A stretch of DNA of 57,118 nucleotides from Dimargaris cristalligena (lineage: Eukaryota): positions 1-57,118 of the forward strand of contig ML002253.1 of the NCBI GenBank assembly GCA_003614675.1, read 5' to 3'. Below the pieces are notes generated by a model. That model made no database searches. It saw only the letters and a list, made by a program, of their open reading frames with translations, and was not told the DNA's origin. Below are positions 14,201 through 25,300 of the stretch, one piece after another (position 1 is the first letter of the stretch; the number at the start of each line of letters is the position of its first letter). The translations under genes were made by a program, and so were the position numbers.

Positions 14201-15479
14201 TACTCCGCCCATCTTTCCAATAGTCTTGGAGGGGAAGGGACACCCCCAAGGTGGAGGAGAGGGCGAGGGTAAACCAGCCCAAGACCCTAGTTGAACCCAT
14301 CATTACTTTTTCGGGTTATAGTGCCACCAGCGAGTATAGGTGCCTTGAGAGGGCATGCGGATAATTTAGTTGGGGGTTGGGAACGGCAAGATATGAGTAG
14401 CTTAGCTAGCTGGTGTAGGTGTGGAAAGAGCAGCCGAAGGTTCTCCAATCGGAGTGCACAAAGGTCGGTTTGTGATACATGCCGGTTAAATAATGGCTTA
14501 GGGGGATTGGGTGCTTGTCCAACCATCCTCCACCAGCTTCCGATTCTTTCCTTTACACCATGGTCTATCTATGGTTGCGGAGTGTATACGGCTTTTATTC
14601 TCCTGCCTTGCCTATTATCTTCCTACCCCAACCACTCCATTATCGGTTTGTTCTTCCATTTTTTTAGTGTGCCTACATACCCCCTAAATCAAATACGGAG
14701 CTATGCCTATCCGATAGTGGCCATGATTAAATGGCCAGGCGAAGAAGCACCCCGGCCTTCTCAATTAAATGCCCGGAGTTTGCTTTTAGGCTGAGCGCCT
14801 TTTAGAGTAATAGGCGCAATGTCACCCAAAATCCATGGCCCAGCCTATCCACCAAGTAGCCACCTCCTGTGGACCTTGGTTATTGGTATTTCTCAGACTA
14901 GGGGTTATATTAACAAGCGGCCAACCCACCTATGAATTAGCCTCCCAAATGTCCATCCGATTGGTGACCAATTGACTGTAGCGTAATATTATGGCCGAGT
15001 GGGCTACAGTAGCAACATCTCTTGGTACTTACCTCGCTCTTTAATCTACCATGGCATTATCCCTTGCATTTACACCGGAATACAGGTATTGCTTAAATGG
15101 CAGTGCCTTGTGGTAGTTTCTCCCCAATGGCGACTGTCAGACCGTCGGAAAGTCCACCCGCGCAGGTCACCCCACTTGAATGTACCACCGTCCGTTTGCT
15201 ATTGAGTTTTTCTTCCTACTTCGACAGACGAAAAGCCCAATGTACCACTGGCACGACCAGCGCCATCCCCTTACTCCCATTCTACCGAGCCTCTCCTTCT
15301 CCTTCTTTCCTTTTTCCCACTCCCAGTGGGCAAGGCTCCTGTAGTTTTGGAGTTGGGTGGGTACCAATTTACTTTACTATACGAACCGTGAATGGGCGGA
15401 TAGGTAGCCTGCTTAATCTAGCCCCCTTGCTACTGAAGGAAATCGGGTCGGGTGACTGACCAAGCCATCGGTTTCTCAA

Positions 15480-15487
15480 TATAAATA
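15480..15487 (+). promoter_or_regulatory. Putative TATA box (TATAAATA) upstream of the MFS gene
   Basis: Canonical TATAAATA followed by a pyrimidine-rich leader, ~570 bp before the ATG at 16058. Confidence 0.4.
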
Positions 15488-16057
15488 GCCGAGTGCCGCC
15501 CGTTCTATTTCTTTTTTAAACCCACACTACCACCTTCAATTCCATTTTGGGCTCTGGTTATTTTATTTGACCGACATTCCAGTCTGCCCTTTACTCTGGC
15601 TTGCCACGTTCTATTCGTCGGGTCAGGTCGGCCATACCTACTTCTTCTCTCCCCCTTCATCCTTTATTTACACCTCACTCGCCCCTTGCTGCCGGTGGCA
15701 CGAATATCCTCCCTGTAGTTGATTCCCTTACATGGGAGTGTGGTTTACTTATTGGTTGTTTCCTTATTGTTATTCAAATTAATTATACTGGTTCATTACA
15801 GGCCACTTGTTGAAGACTTTGATCATCTTTACTTCTTTAGCATACCTTATACTTTCATTATACCAGTAATTCTATATTTAAGCAACACGGCTATTACAGC
15901 CACATTCCATTTAATCAAAATCCTTGACAATACCGCCATTTGTTGCAATTCGATTCGCCTATCCCTTATAAGTATACTGTTTTGACACTCCCCTATCCAT
16001 TCCCTTATTCCTCTGCGTGACCTTGCTCCCACCCACACATACATTTATAAATTAAAA

Positions 16058-17860
16058 ATGGGTAGCTCCATTGACCAAAAACCTCAGGCAGTCAGCCAAG
16101 GCGATTTCGCCTCGCCGAAGCCATCCCTCGAACTCTCCGAAAAGCATTACCCCCAAAGCAGCAAGGATGCCCGCGACTTATACGAAGGGCGGGGTTCGGA
16201 TGAGGTCACCGAAACCGATGCTAGCGAGCCGACGTCCGACTCGGCCCTGGACAAGCAGCAGTGGCGGTACAAAATCATCGCGCTGGGCGCCACCCTCATG
16301 TTATCGGCCGGTTCCCATTTCGTCAGCAACTCGCTCAATTCCCTCAAGAGTACTTTGAAAGTCGAGTTGGCCATCACCAATACGCAATACGGTGTGTTGA
16401 GTGGTACCATTTCCCTGGTCAACACGATCCTCCCCTTCTTCTGCGGCGTTATTATGGACATGTTCGGGCCGGGCTGGGGTGCTTTTGGTTCCTGTTTTGC
16501 CATTGTGCTGGGCAATTTCATCACCATCATTGGAACATATACGGGCAAGTTCGCCCTGTTAGTCGTGGGCCGGGTGATTTTCGGTTTCGGCTCGTCCACC
16601 ATCGTTACTACCCAGGAAACGATGCTGTCCCACTGGTTCCGCGGCAAGGGGCTGGCCCTGTCCATTGGCGTGCAAATTATGGTGTCGAAACTCTTTGGTT
16701 GGCTGGCCTCGGCCACCGTCGTCGAAGTAGCCGAACGGACGGGTTTCTATGGTAACGCTTTCTGGGTCGGAGAGGGAATTGCCCTGTTTTCGCTGCTCAT
16801 GGTGGCGGTATACGCCCTGATGATGTGGAAATTGAATCGGCTGGAACAGAAGCAGCGGGAGGTCGCGGAAAAGGGTGGGCTGGTGTATACGGCCGCTCCA
16901 GTCATGTACGGTGGTCACGGGCAGGAACAGGACCAGCAGCAGGAGCACGAAAAGGCGGACCATAGCCCGTCAGCCAATAACGGCCTTACGGTAATGTCGG
17001 AATCGGGAGCCGGTGGTAGTAGTAAGCCTTCCCCGGGTAAAGGTCGCGGTGGCTCGTCCTCCAAGAAGAAGATCTCCTGGCGCCAACTGTACTACATGGT
17101 ATACTTCCCCAATATCTACTGGCTGCTGCCACTAAACGAGTTCATCATGGGGGCCGTTTGGACCCCTTTCTTGGGTATCGCCGCTGAGTACGTTAAGAAA
17201 CGCTGGCACGAAACCAACGCCATGGCCGCTTGGAAATCCAGCATCTCACTGGCCATTCCCATTGTCGTGTCCCCGCTCATGGGCCTTTGCATCGATCGGT
17301 ACGGTCTGCGGGGGCACATGGTAATCAGTTCGGCCCTGCTGTTGCTACTGTCCATGATTCTGCTGGGCTGGACTCACGTGAGTCCTGAAGCCGGTCTCAC
17401 TTTGTTTTCCCTGTCCCTGACCCTCGGCCCCGTGGCCCTCACATCGGCTGTGGCCTTGTACTTACCCATGAACATGGTGGGCACGGGTATTGGTCTGATT
17501 AAGTGTGGTCTCAATTTCGGCATTATTATTGTCGACGTGTTGATCGGGCGGCTGCAGGACTTTGATAATGACGCCTACGATCGTGTCATGGTGATGATGT
17601 TGGTGTTGGCCTGTATATCGGTCCTTACTTCCCTGGCCTTTACCTTTGGGGATTATTATCTGGAAGGTGGGCTACAGAGCGTGGGCTACTATCGCCGTAA
17701 TGAGCTGATGGAGAAGCGGAAGCCCATCGAACAGGCCATGGCCAAGGCCGCCGCGGAAGGCGCCCCTATCCCCAAGTACAAGTACATTTATGTGGCCATT
17801 TTTATCGGATTTTTTATTGTCAGCTGGATCATCTATGGAGTGTATTTGCTTGTCAAATAA
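16058..17860 (+). CDS. Major facilitator superfamily transporter, MFSD1-like (600 aa, intronless)
   Basis: About 12 hydrophobic segments in 6+6 arrangement around a polar central loop. Motif A-like GVIMDMFG and GLCIDRYG, plus GRVIFGFG and SHWFRGKGLALSIG, which resemble the MFSD1 family. Confidence 0.88.
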   Translation: MGSSIDQKPQAVSQGDFASPKPSLELSEKHYPQSSKDARDLYEGRGSDEVTETDASEPTSDSALDKQQWRYKIIALGATLMLSAGSHFVSNSLNSLKSTLKVELAITNTQYGVLSGTISLVNTILPFFCGVIMDMFGPGWGAFGSCFAIVLGNFITIIGTYTGKFALLVVGRVIFGFGSSTIVTTQETMLSHWFRGKGLALSIGVQIMVSKLFGWLASATVVEVAERTGFYGNAFWVGEGIALFSLLMVAVYALMMWKLNRLEQKQREVAEKGGLVYTAAPVMYGGHGQEQDQQQEHEKADHSPSANNGLTVMSESGAGGSSKPSPGKGRGGSSSKKKISWRQLYYMVYFPNIYWLLPLNEFIMGAVWTPFLGIAAEYVKKRWHETNAMAAWKSSISLAIPIVVSPLMGLCIDRYGLRGHMVISSALLLLLSMILLGWTHVSPEAGLTLFSLSLTLGPVALTSAVALYLPMNMVGTGIGLIKCGLNFGIIIVDVLIGRLQDFDNDAYDRVMVMMLVLACISVLTSLAFTFGDYYLEGGLQSVGYYRRNELMEKRKPIEQAMAKAAAEGAPIPKYKYIYVAIFIGFFIVSWIIYGVYLLVK

Positions 17861-18552
17861 TGGCTCGGTTATTATTATCCTTAGGTCTCTTTCATTTACT
17901 TTTACTAACTTCCAGTATTTAACGTCGGCTTTTGTGCCCCGGCAAATTATATACCTAGGATATTGACCCCCTAGTGAGTTCTAAATAATAATAATAATAA
18001 TAATAAGTATAATGCATGATCACCTAGTCCAGTGGACCAGTGTCAAATAAAGTATAGGCATCTCCAAGTTTAATCAAACAGATTATGTATGATGTGCGCA
18101 ATATTCCGGTAGTCAACCGCCTACATCAAAATGCCGTGTGCCATGTATCGTATATAATAGTGCAATGCATTGGGCTGTATATGTTCGAGTGCAAATAGAT
18201 AATCGAAAGTGTGTTTATTAGCTACTCATATTTTTGGAGGAAAAGAAACCGGGCTAAAGCCAATACACTGATGAAATACCACTAGAGCTTAAGGATATAT
18301 AGATAAAGTAGAAGAAGTTGGAGTCCTCAGTTTAAACAAACCAAAACAAAACAATTCGGAAACATAATAAAATTCAATAATTAGACAAACTATTATTATT
18401 ATAATAAAAAACCACTAACCACATGGGTTCTTAAATTAATAAGAATCCCGAAAAAAAAGGGGCTGCACTGACCAAGCGTCTATCTAGCTAATATGTACTG
18501 AAAATCTTGATATTTCACCCAGCCTATAGAGCAAAGGTGTTTGGACCTTCAT

Positions 18553-20808
18553 TTAACCTCGATAGGCCTTCAGCCCCGCCTGGATCGTGGCCCTGAATAA
18601 GAGCTGTTCGATGAGGATTTGCTGCCCTAGGAACATATTTTCAATGTATTTATACAAATAGTCATCATCAGATGCCGGAGTTTTGCCCAATACAGCGGCG
18701 GTTGAAGAAACTCCGGCTTCATCAATGCCGTCCATATCGGCATCCATGCCCCCTTGAGTGCTGTCCAACCGATCGAATTCCGAATCTTCCATGCCCATGT
18801 CCATATCCATATCCATATCCATACCCTCTTTAACATTGTCAAAGCGACCTAATTCCGAATCATTACCTGATGCTGCCCGGGTTGTAGGAACTCAGGTTTC
18901 ATTGATGTCGTATATGTCTACATCCGTCCTTTTGCCCTTATTAGGGAGTTCGCTGTAATCATCCGAAATGATCTTTTGGCTCAACTGATTGAATAGTTCA
19001 AGGAAGCTATTCAATTTTTGGACTAGGCGATTGGAGGAATCGGCAGAGGTGAGGTCTGGGCTGTTGGGAGCGATCCGTTGGCTAGGTTCAACAGATTCAG
19101 AAGAGGCGATGTAATTCATATGCTGAATGACACGGACGAGGGAATTGGCCAGTGGACGGAAATCGATCATAATCTTTCGAATAGTTTTCCGATTCTCCAT
19201 ATCGTTTATCAACATCGCCATGGTACTCAGATAATCCATGTTATCCTTGAGGAGTGTGTCATAGTTGCTAGAGACCACCACCGGCACTAGGGGGTTCAAT
19301 TTACGATTATAGCAAACCCGGATCTCCATACCGTCAACTACTTAACTTTTCGGAGGCACGACTACATAGCTCTGGAAAGAGAAATTTTGGTAACATCTCA
19401 AATGATCAGCGGGGGTAAGACTTCTGAAGTCATCCGGGAACACTGGAAGCAAATGGCTGTCGGCATTCGTGTAGAGAAGTGCCACCATACACGTAATATC
19501 ACTTTGGATGAAGGGGTCGCCAAATTCAGCGAAGAGTGATTGATATTCCGGAACTTTGTATTCCATGGCCCACAAATAAAGGGTCGCGATGGTCAGCCGA
19601 AATGGACTACGGCGGAGTTCTTCGGCGCCATCGTAATTAAAGGTGGGCTCGCCTGATAAGTAATTAGGAGGTTTATTCTGGCTCGTTGCACGACTTTTGG
19701 CCTGAGTAACCTCGATTGATGGCTCGTCGGATCCCACCAGATGGGGAAGTTCCAATAAGAAATCGTCAACGTCCGGCATTACGTCTGGCTCATTGGTATC
19801 GACGGCCCCACTTGATTGTGGTGCAGTGGGTTTTATTTCTTGGCCACTTGTAATCCAGGTTTCGATCATCTGCCTGAGCGCCTTGATATTTCCGGCTCGA
19901 ACTAAATGCGCGGCCAGATGGCCCTTCACCAAATAAGGAATGCGACTGGGGGTTTGCCTAGCCAGGTTTTCCGGAAGAGTAATTCGAGCCAGACCCGGGA
20001 ACGCGGTGGCCAATGTAAAATAATCCCGCCGGTAACCATAGATGTTGAGGCTGTTGGTCATTGTCTCCAACTTTTTGGTATCACCCCGGCCTTTGTCAAG
20101 GCCATAGGCAACCAGGGGGAACACGGTCTCGAAGTCAGCGGGTTCCATTAGGTCTGATCGCACATAATCTACGTTGTTGGCCCAGTCCGCGAGCTCCGCG
20201 TAGTTATGACGCAAGTTGCCTATGGTCGGGTTGGTTTGGTATTTTTCCTCGTCAGATAAAAGCGGATATTTTTGGGGTAGGCTGAAGGTGGTTAAGGGGA
20301 ACGAAAAATCCGCCTCCGACCTCGCCATCCCCATTTTATCACCCACTCTCTCCTTTCGGGTTGCCAATAACTCCATCCGTCGATTTGTATTCTGGTTGAC
20401 CGGTCTCGCGTCCATTGACTGGCTCTGATAGTATTCGGAGGCATCTTTGGTGGCTTGTCGTTTCTGGCCCTATAGTTTGCCAATTCAAATATAACAAAGG
20501 GTTTATATTGAAATATATTGTACAAGAAAAATAGGTATTAGTTAAATTGTTCTAAATTGTATATATTATAATGTAGGTTGGGGATGCCAGATAGTTTAAA
20601 TAATGATATGGTGGTAGGGTAACCATAAAGCCAGGACATGCCCTACATAAAGGGACCTGTGCTGACTTACCAGCTGATAGCAAAATAGGTGCAGGCCAGA
20701 TTGACCACCCACCACCATACTTCTGGAGTCCAGCCCATGGGGAAGATTGGCAGTGAAATTGGCAAGAGCCATACTAACTATGGATACAGAGAGGATGGAG
20801 GACTTCAT
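18553..20808 (-). pseudogene. Orphan secreted-protein gene A (~684 codons); exons 20808..20671 and 20469..18553; in-frame TAA at 19342..19344 and TGA at 18892..18894
   Basis: ATG 20808 starts a signal-peptide-like MKSSILSVSIVSMALA. A phase-0 GTAAGT...TATAG intron joins it in frame to ORF 19342..20415. ORFs 18892..19329 and 18553..18822 continue in the same frame across single stop codons. Confidence 0.7.
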
Positions 20809-21028
20809 TGTGACAAGGAGTTGGTGGTGGTAAGAAAGGACAGTTGACTTGAGGCTAGAATGTGGAGTAATGAATTGTAAATCTTTGCACTTGAGCAATA
20901 TTGGAGGGGAGAAAACTAAAAAAAGGTAGGGAAGTGTAAGTGTGGCAAAAGATTTAAAGAGAATCACTATGTAGACAAAAGAGGGGTAAGCAGGTGTAGA
21001 TTAATCAATGGTGACCAGAAAGGTGGGT

Positions 21029-21038
21029 TATTTATATA
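21029..21038 (-). promoter_or_regulatory. Putative TATA box of secreted-protein gene A
   Basis: TATATAAATA on the minus strand ~220 bp upstream of ATG 20808. Confidence 0.4.
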
Positions 21039-21743
21039 GTACTAGGCACAGTGGTACAGAGGCATGGTCACAGGAATGCTACATGGTGCCCAAGCAATAG
21101 TTTTCCATTGTCTCAAGTGATAGACAAGAGCCAGGTTTTTATTTTATGGTGGTCACTAAAAAGGCAGCAGAAGTGAGGTGACAAAAGCAGAAGTGGCCAA
21201 AAAAACTGTCACTTGTATCTCTATATTACTAAATAGGAGAAAAATCAATTAAATTAGCTAGGTGGCTTATATAGTGCCATCCAGAGGTCAGCACTTATCC
21301 TCAGACTATGGGCAGCCAGTCCTCATCATCAGAGGGCAGAATATACTGCAATATATAGTGGTGGTATCATTCCCATCATTTTCCCAATAAAATTGCTGCC
21401 TATACTGTGGCATATACTAAAAATACTAAAAATATTGTTATTTTTTTTTACACTCATAGTTTGCATCAAAAAAGTCCACCCTTCTTCCTTACATTTAAAA
21501 GTCTGACCTATTTCTCAGTGGATTCTTTTCCATTCCATTTTATTACATTCATTAATTATGTTCTATGTCCCTTTCTTTGTATTCAGTGGTCCCTAAGGCC
21601 TACAGAATGGTTACATAAGTAACCAGTGAATTCCCTCTCATTTTGGAGGGAGAATAATCACTACTCATTTTATTTTGAACTCATTTTACTAATCCTTGAA
21701 CTCAACTGTGACTTTTCTATTTATTATTTATTATTAACACCAC

Positions 21744-22326
21744 TGTTAGCCTTTCTAATCTGACTTAATCTAGGTGTAGTAATCATCCATCCTGACTAGG
21801 CCATATAGCACCATATGTAACTTCCCATGGTCACCCCCAGTACTATAGGATCACCCTATTCAATATAACTGTCCCCTTTCCAGACTCTTAGGTTCACACT
21901 ACTCACTCCAGTGCTGATCTGACAACTCTTCCAGTTACCACCCAAGTCTTCCAGACCCTCACAACTGTCTGGTTGGCTTATTTAGTATACCTTAGTCTTA
22001 GTAGCATTTCCCTTGGGACCTCCCTCTGGAGTTGTCCCTACATATATATAACCAGGCCCCTGTTGGGACTGGTTCAATTCCTCAGCTTATTCTTACCCCC
22101 TTAGTTTACCCCCAATAAACTCTATATATGCTCACACTATTCAGTCTAACTAGTAAGTGTGTTCACTGCATGTCCCTTGTATATACCTGCACATAGCCTT
22201 TATTAGTTAGTATTATGCCTCCCACCTAATACTAGGACCCACTTGGCTAAGTCTAAGCCCCATCTGACCATTAGAAGCCTACCCCCAGGACTCTTGATGG
22301 ACTAAGAGTGGACAACTCAGGTAACA
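21744..22326 (+). mobile_element. Solo LTR, family A copy 2 (583 bp), with 5-bp target-site duplication
   Basis: TGTTA...TAACA termini. Flanks ACCAC (21739..21743) and ACTAC (22327..22331) form a 5-bp TSD with one C>T change. Homologous to 1667..2247. Confidence 0.8.
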
Positions 22327-23613
22327 ACTACCAGTTTCATTAATTTTTAATAAACTTTTGCACCCCTCATTTATCTCCCCATCTTCCATCTGATTTACTG
22401 ACCATTCACCCCTCTGAAATCCCACCATGATGATGCCCAACTCTGCCCCTGTCTCATCCAACTCTGTGAACCTCCCATCTTCTACCACCAGGGAGCTGGC
22501 CACTGTGACTTTAGGCTGTGCTGATAAGGATGCTGCTGCCTCCTTGCAAATTCCAAAGGCCATTGGCAATAGGCCGGATCTCCCAGGTAGTACACTTACA
22601 GTCATTGAACCAGCTCCTATAAAAAAAAGTCACTTTTTAAATAAACATCTGTGAATAATCAACAATGTGGGCCCTGTTACACAGTTTTGATATTATACTT
22701 GGTAGTGCTAAAACTAAATGAAGCAAAGGAAGGAAATGAAGTGGGATTAGAGAAGGCTGAGGAGAGTACAGGAGCTAACATATAGGGTCCCCGGAGTGGT
22801 GGTGGTGAGTATCTAATACCACCTGACCTATTATCATATATGCCTTTGGGCCAGGGATTCTTGATCAAGTTATCCTTTATTATGCTCCCTGTGGATGGCA
22901 ACTTATGACCAAAAGGTCGCCTACCTTGGATTCACTTTATATAAAACTCTACTTCACCTGGGTCAAGGAGTCTTTCTCTTAATTGGATAAAGATGTGGCT
23001 AAAACTCAGCTGGGAATACTCCTATCATCCATAAAGCATTTTAGTTTAGTTGACTCTTAGGACAGTCCTAACAGAAACCCCGCCTTGGCCTACTAATTGG
23101 TATATCTGGTGTCGTGTCTTTAAACTTGCACACTCCACACTGTGTTGTCCTCCCGGCTACAACGATACAGCTAAAAAGGGATTTGAAACAGGAGAAATCC
23201 CCGTTTAACATGGACCTAAAACGAGCGCAGGCCATTATGCCTAGACCGAGCCAAAATATCAGCAGCTTCCCTACCCAACACGATACCCATGCAGCCACAA
23301 TGGCTAAAATTAGTGTCCCGCTTGTATACATTCAACTTTCACTATTGGCCAAGTGTTACAATACTTGCTAAGGCAAGATATCCTGCTTACTTGAGATAAG
23401 TCCATTGTCTCTTGGGCCCATTCTCCACCTAACCGTAGAACCGGTGCTAAATCTTGCTTTGGCAATAGGCTATACCATTTTTTCGCTGTATAATCTGTCA
23501 CCGGTGTGAGTGTATTGCATAGACCACTACTGCCGCCACCCATTTGCGTCTGACTAAGAGTGGTCTCGTTGACTAATTTATTATACCCGACAATAGTATC
23601 CAGTGGCACATAT

Positions 23614-24081
23614 TGTAACGACTATTGCACCCCGTCACACGCAATGCCAATGTAGATGGGCTTAAAGTATCTTATCTAAGCTAACCTACGACTTCCTCTT
23701 TAGTTTAATAAACGGCAACAGGTCACTTGACCAATAGAATAGTTTGGGTAATATCCAACAGGACGGGAGGATCTCTGTCCGTCTGGGATGACCAAAACCA
23801 CCAGGCCCCGTTCCCCCCCCGGAACGGGGACGTGCCTTTATCTAGTATTCCCATTGTAACGGCCCACTCGACCTATAGCAGGGCCAATGCGACATTCAGC
23901 AGGACGGGATGATTTGCCCTGTCGTTGGCTATCAAAACCTACTGTCCCCGCTCCCCCCACCATGCTCTGGGATGCCCTTTCCTGCCTACTTCGACCTTTG
24001 TAATGAGCCGCTATATATACATATAATATTTCGATCTAACCGACACGTAACACTATAACAATAAATTGGCTTAGCATTACA
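23614..24081 (-). mobile_element. 3' LTR (468 bp) of a second LTR-retrotransposon family
   Basis: Terminal inverted repeats TGTAACG...CATTACA (6/7 match). On the minus strand the LTR directly follows a polypurine tract. Confidence 0.7.
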
Positions 24082-24100
24082 ATCCCACCCCCCCTCATCC
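24082..24100 (-). other. Polypurine tract (PPT) of the LTR retrotransposon
   Basis: The minus strand reads GGATGA, a G run, TGGGAT, then TGTAATG (LTR start). Confidence 0.7.
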
Positions 24101-25300
24101 GCGCGTAACAAAAAATCAGTAGGTGTGCTAAACGAGTATTGCATTTACACCTTGTTCCGATAGTCAATATATCTGATGACTATCAGCCTATTGCCAGTGA
24201 GGCTGTTCCGATTAATATATTGCGTTAAAAAAATATGTACGATTTGAATAGATGTTATTCCCTATCGCACCTTATTGTCTTACAACACCTTTGTTTAGTG
24301 CCTTCACCGCGTGTATTTTTTATCAATCGCGTAAACTTGAGCATATAGGACGGGCGGATATCGCCCCTCTGGATAAGGCGAAGTAAGAGGGTTTATTTCA
24401 ATCTGAACCACCCAGCCCAGCGATGTAATACACATTTAATTGATAGGTATATCGAGCTTTTTGCGGGGCCGATGAAGCAGTTTGCACATGAATGGAAGCA
24501 GGCACTTTGGCAGGTGGGCCAAACTCCTGTTGATAGAGTTGTGCGACAGCCAGCACATCACCCATCCCGTGTTACAACTTTGTACCCTCCTAGCCTTGCC
24601 AATTATAATATGGGAAAAGTTCAACCAGGCTGCATAACGATAAATCTGTTGGATGAGGCAAAAATCACTGGTTAAAAACGATTATCCTACATATTTCCCC
24701 ATACGTGCATCATTCAAAACCTTATACAGCTACACTGAATTCCACCCATATTCTTCTCGTATATCTACTCCACTTATTCTGCCCCGGTATGTATGGCTGG
24801 TTACACTTTCCCCTCAGTCTTTTAGTATATAAGGGCATTGAGACTTTTAGCGTTCTATAATTGATAAAATCTCTAAAGTTTCCAAAACTACTATGCCTTT
24901 TTTCGCATAAAGGCACCCCAATAATGGACCAACTTAGTTCGATGGTTAATGGTATGAATGATTTGGCTATTATATTTCTAGATAGCAGGCCAGTCGGAAA
25001 ACTTGACCCATATTTTCCGACCACTAATATTATCGATTTTTTTGACACTCGACGGAACTATTTAATTAGGCCATACCCGCTAGGGTACTACTAGTAACGT
25101 CACTATACATTTCCCCCCGAATTTAGGCAAGTCGACTTTATCGTACACCCGATAAAAATTCATTGGCGCTATTAAATGTATTGTCAAAATAAATGCCCCG
25201 TTGTAGGGCAGCCTGCCACTTTGTTATATATATATTATGAGACAATGGAAAACCAATCCAGCTGGATTAAGGCATTCCTAAATTGCATCAAGTATTTAAT
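24101..25300 (-). mobile_element. Heavily decayed and deleted Ty3/Gypsy-like pol relic (protease and RT remnants)
   Basis: Minus strand ~25253..25290 gives frameshifted DA(I)-LGMP and NP-LDW, like the protease-end motif DxILGMPW..NPxIDW. ~24850..24960 gives SFIP..LSWS...VPLCEKRHSSFGNFRDFINYRTL, like RT (GFIRPS.SPW...KKDG.LR.C.DYR.LN). Both lie upstream of the PPT and LTR in the same orientation. Confidence 0.45.

Noticed and set aside
1667-22326. One giant LTR element carrying JMJD6, NDUFAF2, the MFS gene and gene A between two direct LTRs
   Set aside because: Copy 2 has its own TSD (solo LTR), the outer flanks CTTTC and ACTAC do not match, there is no PBS or PPT inside, and the genes keep their introns.
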